The notes under the pieces: model-generated
Seen by the model: the letters and a program-made list of their open reading frames with translations, nothing else
Told to the model about the DNA's origin: nothing
Databases searched by the model: none
Position numbers and translations under genes: made by a program
From: an uncultured Acidimicrobiales bacterium
Lineage (GTDB): Bacteria > Actinomycetota > Acidimicrobiia > Acidimicrobiales > UBA10347
NCBI GenBank assembly: GCA_943788915.1
Contig: CALSSD010000013.1
Coordinates: forward strand, 1-64,000
DNA length: 64,000 bases
Reading direction: 5' to 3'
Shown: positions 31,067 to 40,768 of the stretch, in pieces
Layout: the number at the start of each line of letters is the position of its first letter
Numbering within the stretch: position 1 is the stretch's first letter

Positions 31067-33640
31067 TTAGTCGCTCAGCCAATGATCCTCGTCGATAGCA
31101 CCGCTCGCCAGGCTGGGGTCGATCGATTCAACCAGCTTGACGGCTTTGTCCGCCCGAGTTCGGGCGTCGAGGTACTTACGCTGGGCTTTGGTGGCTAGGG
31201 CTGCGGCCTCGTCAGCATGGGCGACCAACGCGGGGTCGTCGCCAGCGGTCATGCGCAACATTTCTGCTGTCACAATGAGCGTTCCGGCATTCTCGCTGAG
31301 CTCGTTCGCACGTGTCAGTAGCTCGTCGGAGCGGTCGCGAGCTGCCGCCAAGGCTGCAGAGGTGCTGTCGTCAGGTTGCACATCGAGCTCAACAGGAACT
31401 GCCGCGGTGGCAAAAACCGCAAGTGGTAGGTCTCGGCAAATGGCGCCTAGTGTTTCGCCGCCGGGGCCGAACACGCCGTTCTGGCGGATGCGCATCGGCG
31501 CGAATACGAGGTCGGCGTCACGCACTGTCACGGCAAAGTCCGACGCGGGAGCGACTCCGGCAACGTGTGCCGTAATCCGTGCAGTGTCGAGCAGTTCGTT
31601 CACTGCGTGGACCTCGTTGGCTGCATCGGACTCGGCGACGATCCAGACGGTGATGCTCGCGTTGTTCCAACCGGTGCTGCGGGTACACATCCATGCCAGC
31701 AAGGTGAGCAATTTTCCTGAGGTGTTGTCTTGCCACCAGACGACGATCTCCGACGGCTGTTTGGGTGATGCGGCTAGACGTTCCCACCCGTCGTCCGGGC
31801 AATGAGCCACCGCTACATGGCAATCGTGGCGTGCAGCAGTCTGCAAGATGGTGGCGAAGTCAGCGGTTTGCTCGTCCGTTGCGACATCGAGTTCGTCGGC
31901 GCTGTACAACGCAAGATTTGGTCGAAGCGCTCCAACACCGTGCGATTGCAGGACCGTCCCGACGCCAGCAGCGATTGTGTCGGCCGCTATCACTCGTCCG
32001 TACAGTTTGTCGCCCGATTCGGCCAACTCGCGTTGAAGCTCCAACTCGATACGGGCTGCTCGTTTACGGTTCATCGCGCCTGATCCGGGCACGATTCGCA
32101 CAAGGGTGCTGAACCCTGCGCCTCCCTCGATCCAATGAGCGACCTCGCTCAGCCGTCGCCGCCGTTCTGGATCACGGGGTGCAAACGCGACCGTAAACGG
32201 ACGCCAGTCGCGTCCGCTCTCGGTCTGTGGTCCCATCAGCCGTAGATGGGTTCGCACCTGTGAGGTATGGAAACCTCTGGTGCTGTCGGCCCAGCGAACC
32301 TGCTGAACCGACCGCTGGAGATACCGATACAGACCGAACACGGCAGCACCTGCGACAGCACCGGATACGGGATCGATAGCCAAGATCACGCCCAGACAGC
32401 CGGCGGTACCGAGGAGGCTCAGCCGCCAGTCAAAAAGTTTGAAGCGTGGTCGAAACGATGTGCTTGCGGCTCGTGCCTCGGAATAGGTCGCGAAGTTGAT
32501 CATTCCGTAACTGGCGAGGAAGAACATGGAAATGATCGGTGCCACCAGATCGAGATCGCCCAAGGCGATCGCCGCCAGAGCAATCGCACCGCTCAACAAC
32601 GAGCCGCGCCGGGGGTTGTTGTCGGGACCTGCGCCTTCGGCAAATGGTTCGAGCGGTTTGACCAGACGATCCGCAGCCAGACGTTGCAGGGTCCGAGGAG
32701 CGCCCATCATCGACGCGATGGCCGACGACAATGTGGCTGCGATGACGCCAACGTCGATGAACCATGGCGCTAGCGACAGCCTTCGCATGATGGCGGTGTC
32801 TTCGCGCAGATCCTCGAGTGATACCGCAAGCGCAAAGGTGAAGATGACGAGCAGGTAGACGACGGTAGAGACTCCTATCGCTGCGAACGTGCCGATGCTG
32901 ATACTGCGCGACGGCGTGCGCAGGTCGCCCGACATGGCCACGCCTTGGGTGAAACCAGTGATGGCAGGAAAGAAGATTGCGAAACTGACCCAGAACGAGC
33001 CACCTCCTGTGGGTGTCCACAGGCTCTCAGAGAGGTTGCCAACGCGGAGGTGGTCGGCCACACCGAGAAAATACGCGGCGATGGCGACTACGAGACAGGC
33101 CATAACCACGTATTGCAGTCGGGTCGCGATATCGGCACCGAGCCAAGCCAACGCCAGAAGCCCTACGACAGTGATTGCCGCAATGATCCGGGGCATGCTG
33201 GCCTGCGTCGTGCCAAGGACGCTGGAGAGGGCCTCGCCTAGACCGATCGCATAGAAGGCGATCGATAGTGACATGGCCACGTACAAGACGATGCCGATCG
33301 CACCGCCAAAGGCCGGACCCAGAGTCCGCGAGATCAGAAAGTAAACACCACCACCGCCGACCTTGAGGTTCGTCGCAATTGCCGCCAGCGAGATTGTCGT
33401 AACCAGCGAGACCGCTGTGGACAACGCCACGATCGCGAGCATCTTGACGAGACCCACGTTTCCGGTCACGAAACCCAAACGTAGGAATAACACCAGCCCC
33501 AGAATGGTGAGCAGGCTGGGCGCAAAGACCCCACCAAAGGTGCCGAGCTTCTTCGTGCCGTCTTTGGTGGGGTTGGCATTTTGGCGCGAACGCTTTTGAA
33601 GCCGAGTCCGGGTTGGTTTGCGTTGGCGGGTGGCGCTCAT
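31067..33640 (-). CDS. SLC12/cation-chloride cotransporter-like APC permease
   Basis: KLGTFGGVF.PSLLTILG.VLFLR, GGVYFLISRTLG, FFPAITG...MSGDL, FRPRFK, DWRP; large C-terminal cytoplasmic domain. Confidence 0.88.
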   Translation of the reverse strand: MSATRQRKPTRTRLQKRSRQNANPTKDGTKKLGTFGGVFAPSLLTILGLVLFLRLGFVTGNVGLVKMLAIVALSTAVSLVTTISLAAIATNLKVGGGGVYFLISRTLGPAFGGAIGIVLYVAMSLSIAFYAIGLGEALSSVLGTTQASMPRIIAAITVVGLLALAWLGADIATRLQYVVMACLVVAIAAYFLGVADHLRVGNLSESLWTPTGGGSFWVSFAIFFPAITGFTQGVAMSGDLRTPSRSISIGTFAAIGVSTVVYLLVIFTFALAVSLEDLREDTAIMRRLSLAPWFIDVGVIAATLSSAIASMMGAPRTLQRLAADRLVKPLEPFAEGAGPDNNPRRGSLLSGAIALAAIALGDLDLVAPIISMFFLASYGMINFATYSEARAASTSFRPRFKLFDWRLSLLGTAGCLGVILAIDPVSGAVAGAAVFGLYRYLQRSVQQVRWADSTRGFHTSQVRTHLRLMGPQTESGRDWRPFTVAFAPRDPERRRRLSEVAHWIEGGAGFSTLVRIVPGSGAMNRKRAARIELELQRELAESGDKLYGRVIAADTIAAGVGTVLQSHGVGALRPNLALYSADELDVATDEQTADFATILQTAARHDCHVAVAHCPDDGWERLAASPKQPSEIVVWWQDNTSGKLLTLLAWMCTRSTGWNNASITVWIVAESDAANEVHAVNELLDTARITAHVAGVAPASDFAVTVRDADLVFAPMRIRQNGVFGPGGETLGAICRDLPLAVFATAAVPVELDVQPDDSTSAALAAARDRSDELLTRANELSENAGTLIVTAEMLRMTAGDDPALVAHADEAAALATKAQRKYLDARTRADKAVKLVESIDPSLASGAIDEDHWLSD

Positions 33641-34413
33641 CCGCCGACGTCGTCGTCTGTTTCACGGTCGTGTGCTTCGGCGAGTAACTGCTCCTGCTCT
33701 TGCACTGCCTGCATGTGAGCGAGGTCGCCGAGACGTCCCTTGTGTCGCTCGTCGAGGTCGACGAGATGGTCGAGCCGACCATATGCAATGACCGTGTCGC
33801 CTTCGTGCACCACGGTTTGACCGGTGGGCACGCCGTGAAAATGACCATCGTGGCGATCGACACCGAGAATGACGATGCCTTCGTCTGGGAGATGTAACGA
33901 TTCGAGCGGTCGTCCCACCAGCCAATCGTCGTCTCGTGCTGCTAGTTCGATGATGCCAAAGTTCTCGCCGAACCGAAGCAGGTTGGCCAGGTCGCGAGTT
34001 TCAAGTGTTGTCCATGTGGCAAGTGCCCACCGAGTGAAATTCGTAAGCAGGCGCTCGAGGAACCGGACACGAGTGAGGATGATCAGCACAACCAAGCCGA
34101 CGGCCAATATCGCAGCCCGACGTAGCGTCTGGCTTGCTTCGGCGTTCACAAAACCAAGCAGCATGGATGTGACACCGGTAATAATGCCAGCATTGCCGAA
34201 TGTCATCAGCCACAGGATGATCCTTCGCCTTACCGGATGATTGATCACATCCTCGGCTTCGGTCGTGGTGTAGCCGACGCCCATGAGCGCCGACCGGGCT
34301 TGGAAGCTCGCGACATCTGTGGCCATCCCTGTGCCGACAAGCGCGATCGTGGCGACGCGAGCAGCACTGATGAATAATGTTGCCACCAGCAGCAGTGAGA
34401 GAACAGCGATCAC
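33637..34413 (-). CDS. Membrane protein with TrkA-C domain
   Basis: FQARSA..GVGYTT.EAE...HPVRRRI; C-terminal RCK_C (EGIVILGV.R...GD). Confidence 0.85.
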   Translation of the reverse strand: MIAVLSLLLVATLFISAARVATIALVGTGMATDVASFQARSALMGVGYTTTEAEDVINHPVRRRIILWLMTFGNAGIITGVTSMLLGFVNAEASQTLRRAAILAVGLVVLIILTRVRFLERLLTNFTRWALATWTTLETRDLANLLRFGENFGIIELAARDDDWLVGRPLESLHLPDEGIVILGVDRHDGHFHGVPTGQTVVHEGDTVIAYGRLDHLVDLDERHKGRLGDLAHMQAVQEQEQLLAEAHDRETDDDVGG

Positions 34414-34553
34414 AAGGACACCAATCGAAAGTTTGCTGACTCTGGGGTGAGCCTCAGCACAAGCTGCGGGAGATCATAGATGGACAGCAGGCCCAGGAGG
34501 CCAGCCTGGCGTGTGAAGCATGACGCTCGCGCTGGCCAAAGTGAGTGGAGCGG

Positions 34554-34925
34554 TTAGTCCTGTAGTGCCCGTTCAATACGCAGCTCGAACCCTTGGGCCT
34601 TGCCACCATCGGACAGTGGTCCCCCGAGGCCGCCGTCGGCACGCCATAGTGCGACTCGAACATCGTCGAGCCACTCGCCTATTTGCAACGCGTCGTTGAT
34701 CCGCTTCTGCACGAACTGTGCTTCAGAAACTGACGGGATCTCGATCTCAACGACCCGTGGCCGCCTGCTCGCTACGACGTCTGGAGCAATCTGCAACGAC
34801 AAGGTGATGGCTTCGCCGGTGATGTCGTCGAGGTTGCGGTGTGCTTCTCGTTCGCGCTGGCGTTTGGCCTTGCGGCGAACCTTTTTCCGCTGCTGCTTGT
34901 TCAGCAGGCTTTCTCCGTCAGTCAC
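34554..34925 (-). CDS. Hypothetical protein
   Basis: 123-aa ORF with basic N-terminus; fills the gap between two genes. Confidence 0.6.
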   Translation of the reverse strand: MTDGESLLNKQQRKKVRRKAKRQREREAHRNLDDITGEAITLSLQIAPDVVASRRPRVVEIEIPSVSEAQFVQKRINDALQIGEWLDDVRVALWRADGGLGGPLSDGGKAQGFELRIERALQD

Positions 34926-34974
34926 CCCGCGAGCCTACGGGCCAATCGGCGACCCCGGGTTCTACGCTGGCGAC

Positions 34975-35982
34975 GTGACGAGCGACTTCCCGATCGAATT
35001 GGTCCGAGCGATGCCCAAGGCGGAGTTGCATGTGCATCTCGAAGGCACGGTCGATGCAACCACACTGCTGATACTGGCGGAACGGCACGGGGTCGAACCG
35101 CCAGCGCCCAGCGTCGAAGCCGTCGATGAGTGGTACAAGTTCGACGGCTTTCCTATGTTCCTCGAGCGGTATTTCGCAGTTCTTGCGCTGTTGCGCGATC
35201 CCGAGGATTTCGCTCTGATCGCGGAGCGTTACATGCACACCGCACACGCCCAGGGTGTTGTCCATTTGGAGTACCACGTGTCGGCGACCGGCCACGTTGT
35301 CGAGAACAACCAGGAATGGGCCTCGATTCACGACGGCATCGTCGAGGGGTGCCAGCGGGCTGCGGCGGCCACCGGCATGACGTGGGGTCTCATCCCCGAC
35401 AACTCGCCCCATCTTTCCGCTGCTGATTGTGCACGAGCCATGGACCAGGTGTTCGCCCACAACCTCGACCATGTCGTGGCGATTGGCATGGGCGGTCCAG
35501 CAGACAACTGGTGGACCGATGACTTCGCGTCGATCTACGCCAAGGCCCGATCGTTGGGCATACCGGGGGTTTCCCACGCTGCTGAACATGGCGGACCGGC
35601 CGAAGTCATCTTTGCCATCGAGAACTTTGAAGCCGTGCGTATCCAACATGGCATTGGCGTGATGAGTGACCCGGTGGCCGTGGCCGTGTTGGTCGACAAC
35701 GCCATTCCGTGTGATGTGTGCCCGGGATCCAATCTGGCGCTGCACGCCGTCGACTCTCCTGAGAGCCATCCACTCCCCCAGATGCTCGACGCCGGCATCA
35801 TCGTGACCCTCGGAACCGACGATCCGCCGATGTTCCAAACCAACCTGCTCGATGACTATCGGCGGGCATGGGACTGGTGTGACCTGGATGAAGCCAGCAT
35901 CCGTGAATTGGCTCGCAACTCCATCGACGCGTCGTTCGCTACCACCGCTGACAAGCGGCGATGGCTGGCCGATCTGGCGTGA
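34975..35982 (+). CDS. add: Adenosine/adenine deaminase
   Basis: MPKAELHVHLEG, HAAE, RIQHG, CPGSN, TDDPPMF. Confidence 0.92.
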   Translation: MTSDFPIELVRAMPKAELHVHLEGTVDATTLLILAERHGVEPPAPSVEAVDEWYKFDGFPMFLERYFAVLALLRDPEDFALIAERYMHTAHAQGVVHLEYHVSATGHVVENNQEWASIHDGIVEGCQRAAAATGMTWGLIPDNSPHLSAADCARAMDQVFAHNLDHVVAIGMGGPADNWWTDDFASIYAKARSLGIPGVSHAAEHGGPAEVIFAIENFEAVRIQHGIGVMSDPVAVAVLVDNAIPCDVCPGSNLALHAVDSPESHPLPQMLDAGIIVTLGTDDPPMFQTNLLDDYRRAWDWCDLDEASIRELARNSIDASFATTADKRRWLADLA

Positions 35983-36024
35983 AGCTTCGGCCAGCACGAC
36001 GATCCGGGTCGTCCACATTGGTAT

Positions 36025-36483
36025 GTGGCGACGGAACGAATCCCGGTCTCTCCCTGGCCTCCTAGGCTGCAGTTCGTGCTCCTGATGACCGCTGGACCGT
36101 TCTCACTACGACTCAGACTGGAAGAAGCCGCGGCTCCACATACTGTCGCTGCGTTTCGCAGATTGTTGCCGCTTACATCGAAGATCATCCATGTTCGTTG
36201 GAGCGGCGAGGCTGGTTGGATACCCATGGGTGATCTCGACGTTGGCATAGGACCCGAGAACGCCACGTCCTACCCGCATCCGGGAGAGCTTGTTCTGTAT
36301 CCCGGCGGGGTGAGCGAGACCGAGTTACTCCTCGGGTATGGATATGTGAACTTCGCGTCGAAGGCTGGTCAGCTGGCTGGTAATCACTTCGCAACGGTGA
36401 TTGACGGCCTTGAACACCTGCGTCCCCTAGGGACGATGCTGCTGTGGGAAGGCGCACAAGAGATCACGTTCGTCGAGACATAA
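36025..36483 (+). CDS. DUF3830 family protein (start may be downstream)
   Basis: IHVRWSGEAGWIP, ENATSYP.PG, FASKAGQLAGNHF. Confidence 0.88.
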   Translation: MATERIPVSPWPPRLQFVLLMTAGPFSLRLRLEEAAAPHTVAAFRRLLPLTSKIIHVRWSGEAGWIPMGDLDVGIGPENATSYPHPGELVLYPGGVSETELLLGYGYVNFASKAGQLAGNHFATVIDGLEHLRPLGTMLLWEGAQEITFVET

Positions 36484-36579
36484 CCCAGCGGTGCGACGCA
36501 TCCGGACGACCAAGCCGGAATACGTGGTCTCGATCGCATCGGAGTCAGCGGTCTGGATCAGCCGCCAAAACGTGCACAG

Positions 36580-37143
36580 CTAGACGTTGGTCTGATCGGG
36601 GTCGTCCCAGAAGTCTTCGAGCTGCACGCCTAGGCCGTCGACGGTGCGGTTGCACCAGGCGAAGAACCCGGTGATCTGGTTGATGTCCAGGATTGCTTCG
36701 TCACTGAAGCCAACGGAGCGCATCGCAATCACGTCGGCCTCGGCTGTCTTGGCCGGCGTCACGGTCAGCTTGGCCACATAGTCGAGCATCACCCGGTCGC
36801 CGTCAGCAAGTGGTGCTGTTCGGTAGTCAGCCTTGATGGCATCGACGAGTTCGGTGTCGCCTAGTTCTCGGAGAAGACCTTCTCCGTGGTGCTGCACTCA
36901 ATAGTGACATTCGTTGAGTTGCGAGACAGTGACGGCGATCATCTCTCGCTGACCCAGCGACAGTTCACCGTCGCCGTGCATAACGCCGTTGTAGAACGTC
37001 ATGAGTGCCCGCAAGGCCGACTGGTTCAGACTGTGGGCCTTGATGATGTTGTCGACACCACCCCAGCTGCGTTTGTTGCCGTCGTAGTACTTCTTGACGA
37101 CACCAGTCGCGTCGTCTTCGTCAATGGTCTTGATCCAGGCCAT
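36580..37143 (-). CDS. AhpD/CMD peroxidase-related protein, predicted selenoprotein (CxxU; Sec at codon 82, TGA 36900-36898)
   Basis: ORFs 36898-37176 and 36580-36897 are in frame and separated only by TGA: REMIAVTVSQLNECHY*VQHHG...NRTVDGLGV; SECIS hairpin follows. Confidence 0.92.
36869..36886 (-). promoter_or_regulatory. Putative SECIS hairpin of the AhpD-like gene
   Basis: mRNA UGA-N11-CGGAGAA GGUC UUCUCCG; perfect 7-bp stem. Confidence 0.82.
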
Positions 37144-37144
37144 G

Positions 37145-38482
37145 TCAGTCAGCGATCCAGCTGCCGTGGAAACCAAACGGCACTCGTTGGGGCAGGTCTA
37201 CGGTTCCAATGGGGTCGGCGGTCATGTCGGCGGCATCGAGCACAACGAAGCTGCTCGAATCGGAGGGTTTGTCATACACATAGGTCATAAGCCAACCATC
37301 ATCCTCGGCCGTGCCTCCGTCTCGTGGCACGAATACCGCCTCGCCCGGAATCTGAGATCGGCCGAAGTCATGAGCGGTAGACACCCCTGACGTAAGGTCA
37401 TATTTGACCAGCGAGTTTTCTTCTTCGAACGACGCGACTGCGTACCCGAACTGGTTCTTCAGGCCGACAAGTGATTCCGCGACCCGGGGGAATTCGATCG
37501 ATCGGTCATCGAGCGGGGTTTCAACGACCGATCCAGAACCAAGGTCCATCGCCCACCGGTGCAGTGCTGCGTCATTCTTGAAGTTGTCATCCTGGCGCCA
37601 CAGTTCTGGGTACCTCGCCGTATCCATGATGATCTGGCCAGCCGCATCCTCAAACGAGTTCATTGGGTGGAACACGTAACACGGGTCGACGTCGAACCAG
37701 GTCACGTCGGCGTTGCCGTAGCTGGTATCAGCGGTGCTGCGGGGCATCACACCAACACGTGTCGGGTAATCGTCATCCCACCGGTAGGGCATACCGCCGG
37801 TCATGGCTTTGTCGAAGTCGAAGACGACGGGAAGGTCCATGAAGATCACATGGTTCTCGGTGATCGAGAAGTCGTGGATCATGGTCGGGCCGGTGACATC
37901 GATGGGCTCGGACTGGATGAGCTCACCTTGGGCAGACACTCGGTTGTAGGTCAGGTACGGCTCGAAGAAGCCGTAACCAAAGAAGTGCAATTCACCAGTG
38001 ACCGGACACAACTTGGGGTGCGCAGTCATTGCACTGTCGAGCTTGCCGTTGTAGTCATAGACACCGACCGTGTCGAGGTCTGGCGAGAGCTCACACGGGA
38101 AGCTCGATTCGACCAGCGCCAGGATCTTGCCAGCATGGCCAATGACATGGGTGTTATTCACGCCAATCGTTCGATCGATGCTGCCGTCGTCGCCGATCAT
38201 GCGGGCCTTGGGTTCGTTGAGCGACCGGGTCTGCACCCAACGATTGCGGTACCACTGCGCTGCGCCGTCGCGAAGCTCGACGCCATGGATCATGCCGTCG
38301 CCAGCGAACCAATGTGGCGACCAACCGCTTTTTGGGTTGGCGCCGTTGCGCAGGTACCGGCCGGAGAGCTCAGCGGGAATGGATCCGGTGACAGCCAGGT
38401 CAAACGCCGTCACTTCTTCCATCACCGGCGCGTAATTACCCCGCAGATGGAAAGGCGTCTCGGTCTCGGCCGTGTCGGTCAT
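37145..38482 (-). CDS. Carotenoid/lignostilbene cleavage dioxygenase family (RPE65 fold)
   Basis: LRGNYAPV, HWFAGDGMIHG, TAHPK, IHDF, VFHPMN, EFPR, VPFGFHG. Confidence 0.93.
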   Translation of the reverse strand: MTDTAETETPFHLRGNYAPVMEEVTAFDLAVTGSIPAELSGRYLRNGANPKSGWSPHWFAGDGMIHGVELRDGAAQWYRNRWVQTRSLNEPKARMIGDDGSIDRTIGVNNTHVIGHAGKILALVESSFPCELSPDLDTVGVYDYNGKLDSAMTAHPKLCPVTGELHFFGYGFFEPYLTYNRVSAQGELIQSEPIDVTGPTMIHDFSITENHVIFMDLPVVFDFDKAMTGGMPYRWDDDYPTRVGVMPRSTADTSYGNADVTWFDVDPCYVFHPMNSFEDAAGQIIMDTARYPELWRQDDNFKNDAALHRWAMDLGSGSVVETPLDDRSIEFPRVAESLVGLKNQFGYAVASFEEENSLVKYDLTSGVSTAHDFGRSQIPGEAVFVPRDGGTAEDDGWLMTYVYDKPSDSSSFVVLDAADMTADPIGTVDLPQRVPFGFHGSWIAD

Positions 38483-38541
38483 ACCCGCAGCGTAGTGACG
38501 CAACGCTGCTTGCTCAGAGTCGATCGGCTTTCGGGGAGTGA

Positions 38542-39081
38542 TCAGGGGCGCAGGTCGTAGACGATACGGAGTGCGCCATTGCCGTAGGCGGTGGTATCGC
38601 CGACTCGCATGGGAGCGGCGTAACCATCGGCGTACAACGGAATGCCGGATCCGATGGCCTCGGGCATGACGGTTACGTCGAGCGTGTCGATCGCATTGGC
38701 CAGCAGTCCGTCGGTAATTACTCGACCGCCGCCGAACACCCACAGCCGCTTAGGCGTCTCGGCCGCGAACGCGGTGATTGCCTGCCCGGTCGGAGCAGAA
38801 CTGAAACGCACGTCTGCACCGTCGGGAACCTCGAGGTCGATGCGGCTAGTCAACACCATCGTCGGAAAGGCACCCCACTGCCAACCCCATTCAACCGCCT
38901 GCACATACGAGGCCCGACCCATGATGACAGCGCCGATACCCTCGAGGAACGCATCGAAGTCGAACTCGGCGATTGGGTATTTTTCGAGATAGTCCACATC
39001 ACCGTTCTCCCGGGCGATGTAGCCGTCGAGGGTCACCGCAAGGCTGGCAACGATGTCGTCGACACCAATGATGGGGTTCAT
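38542..39081 (-). CDS. Dihydrofolate reductase/RibD C-terminal family protein
   Basis: AVTLDGYIA, IMGRASY, WVFGGG, GSGIPL. Confidence 0.88.
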   Translation of the reverse strand: MNPIIGVDDIVASLAVTLDGYIARENGDVDYLEKYPIAEFDFDAFLEGIGAVIMGRASYVQAVEWGWQWGAFPTMVLTSRIDLEVPDGADVRFSSAPTGQAITAFAAETPKRLWVFGGGRVITDGLLANAIDTLDVTVMPEAIGSGIPLYADGYAAPMRVGDTTAYGNGALRIVYDLRP

Positions 39082-39551
39082 GCTGGTTCCAGTTCGGGCG
39101 CTGCGTAGGTGATCTGATCGCCAACGGTAATGGTTCCTGATCCGAGCAGTCGGAAAATGGTCCCGGCACGACGCCGCAGAGCTGTCTTGGCACCGGCGCC
39201 GATGTCGTCATCAAGCAATTTGCACGGTGCAGCAATTCGCACGACTTCGAGCAGCACGCCGTTGATGAAGATGCGCTCACCCGGTTTTGTGGGGATTTCA
39301 AACCCGGACACGGTGATGTTGCGGCGGGTGAGGTCATGGGCGATCGGGGCGTCGAACACCGCTTGAGCCTCGGCAAGATCCTCCGATGATTGCACACTGA
39401 CATGGCGATGTTTGGTGCCGTGGTAACGGTCGCCGACCAGTCCTTTACCTTCAACGGCTTCCACCGACGGAACAGACCTCATCGGGATCTTGCGAGCAGG
39501 TGAGACGTAGATCGCGTGCACCACTCCACCGGTGGAGGCATCGATGCTCAC
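39078..39551 (-). CDS. MOSC domain protein
   Basis: GKGLVGDRY, TRRNITV, APCKLL, GTITVGD. Confidence 0.88.
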   Translation of the reverse strand: MSIDASTGGVVHAIYVSPARKIPMRSVPSVEAVEGKGLVGDRYHGTKHRHVSVQSSEDLAEAQAVFDAPIAHDLTRRNITVSGFEIPTKPGERIFINGVLLEVVRIAAPCKLLDDDIGAGAKTALRRRAGTIFRLLGSGTITVGDQITYAAPELEPA

Positions 39552-40762
39552 ACCGGCCACCAGTCATCAGCCAAGACTCTTTTGCCGCCACCAAACTTGT
39601 GATGCAGACGCAATGCCAGCTTCCTCAGGGGCGAATCAGCGAGCCGAAGCCAGGCGCGATTGCGGCGCTGCGTGTAGTCACGGGTGTACGGACAGACGCG
39701 GACGCAGACAGAACAGTCGCTGTTGATCTTGGACCAGTACGAAAAGCACTTCTCGCCATCGATGCTCCATTTGCGGATGCCCTTGATGTTCGATTTGTTA
39801 TGACGGTCCGTTGAAGGTTTGGCATCGGGGATGGCGCGACTTGGACATGCCTTGGAGCAGGCATTGCAGATGGCACACATCTTGGCCACGCCGAACGTAA
39901 TCGGAGCGTCCTTGGCCAACGGCATGTCGGTGAAGATCTTGCCGAATCGCACACTGGTGCCGAACTCGGGCGTGATCACCAAGCCGTGTTTGCCGTATTC
40001 GCCCAGGCCAGCCTTGATGGCATAGGGAATGGCGAGCGTGGTGTCGTTCATCGAAGCGATGGCCGTGTAGCCAAGGTTGCGGATGAATTGGGCAATGGTT
40101 AGCAGCACCACCGCGTCCTGCGAGTACCCCATACCGGTGGCAGCACCACTAAGCGCGGACGGGGCGGTGTCGATGAGTCGTTCATCCATGGCCTGGCCGA
40201 TAACGATGACCGTATCGACTTCAGGCGGAAGCGGATTGGGTTTCGCCTGACCGGTTGCAGCGGAGAATCGCTCGGTGTACGTCCAACGTGCGTCGTAGTC
40301 GGTGATCCCAACAAGGTCAGCACCCGACGTCTTGGCTGCATGCTTCAGCAACTTCGAAGCATCGTGCGGGGTACCGAGATCCAGGCGCTCCTCGGAACCA
40401 TCGCGAAGCATCGACAACGGGTCGAGGAACCCATCGCGGCGGTCGTCGGCCTCGTACATCTCGGCGAACACGTCGGCTACATGCCAGGTGGCGTTGCGGA
40501 ACGCATAGTCGAGTTGTCGGAAACCTTTACCTGCTCGCCAGTTGGCTAGCGGTCGCCGGTACGTGCTGTAGAACCGGTCAGCCCTTTCGTCGCGGAGTTC
40601 GCTGTCGGTTCGTGACCGACTGAAGACATCGTCGGCCTGGCTAAAACGTTCGAACTCTGGCCGTACATCGAACCCAGCACTGCCGTCGCTGGCGTCAGAA
40701 GCGACGCGCACGGGAATACGTGTGCGTGCCCGGAGTTCGGCGTCGTTGCGTCCTGTGTGCAT
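39548..40762 (-). CDS. Reductive dehalogenase-like cobalamin/2x[4Fe-4S] protein without TAT signal
   Basis: GADLVGI...W.Y, FIRNLGY.A, AGLGEYGKHGLVITPEFG..VR...IFTDMPL..D.P, CAICNACSKACP, KCFSYW...CSVCVRVCPY. Confidence 0.8.
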   Translation of the reverse strand: MHTGRNDAELRARTRIPVRVASDASDGSAGFDVRPEFERFSQADDVFSRSRTDSELRDERADRFYSTYRRPLANWRAGKGFRQLDYAFRNATWHVADVFAEMYEADDRRDGFLDPLSMLRDGSEERLDLGTPHDASKLLKHAAKTSGADLVGITDYDARWTYTERFSAATGQAKPNPLPPEVDTVIVIGQAMDERLIDTAPSALSGAATGMGYSQDAVVLLTIAQFIRNLGYTAIASMNDTTLAIPYAIKAGLGEYGKHGLVITPEFGTSVRFGKIFTDMPLAKDAPITFGVAKMCAICNACSKACPSRAIPDAKPSTDRHNKSNIKGIRKWSIDGEKCFSYWSKINSDCSVCVRVCPYTRDYTQRRNRAWLRLADSPLRKLALRLHHKFGGGKRVLADDWWPV

Positions 40763-40768
40763 GCGCGG

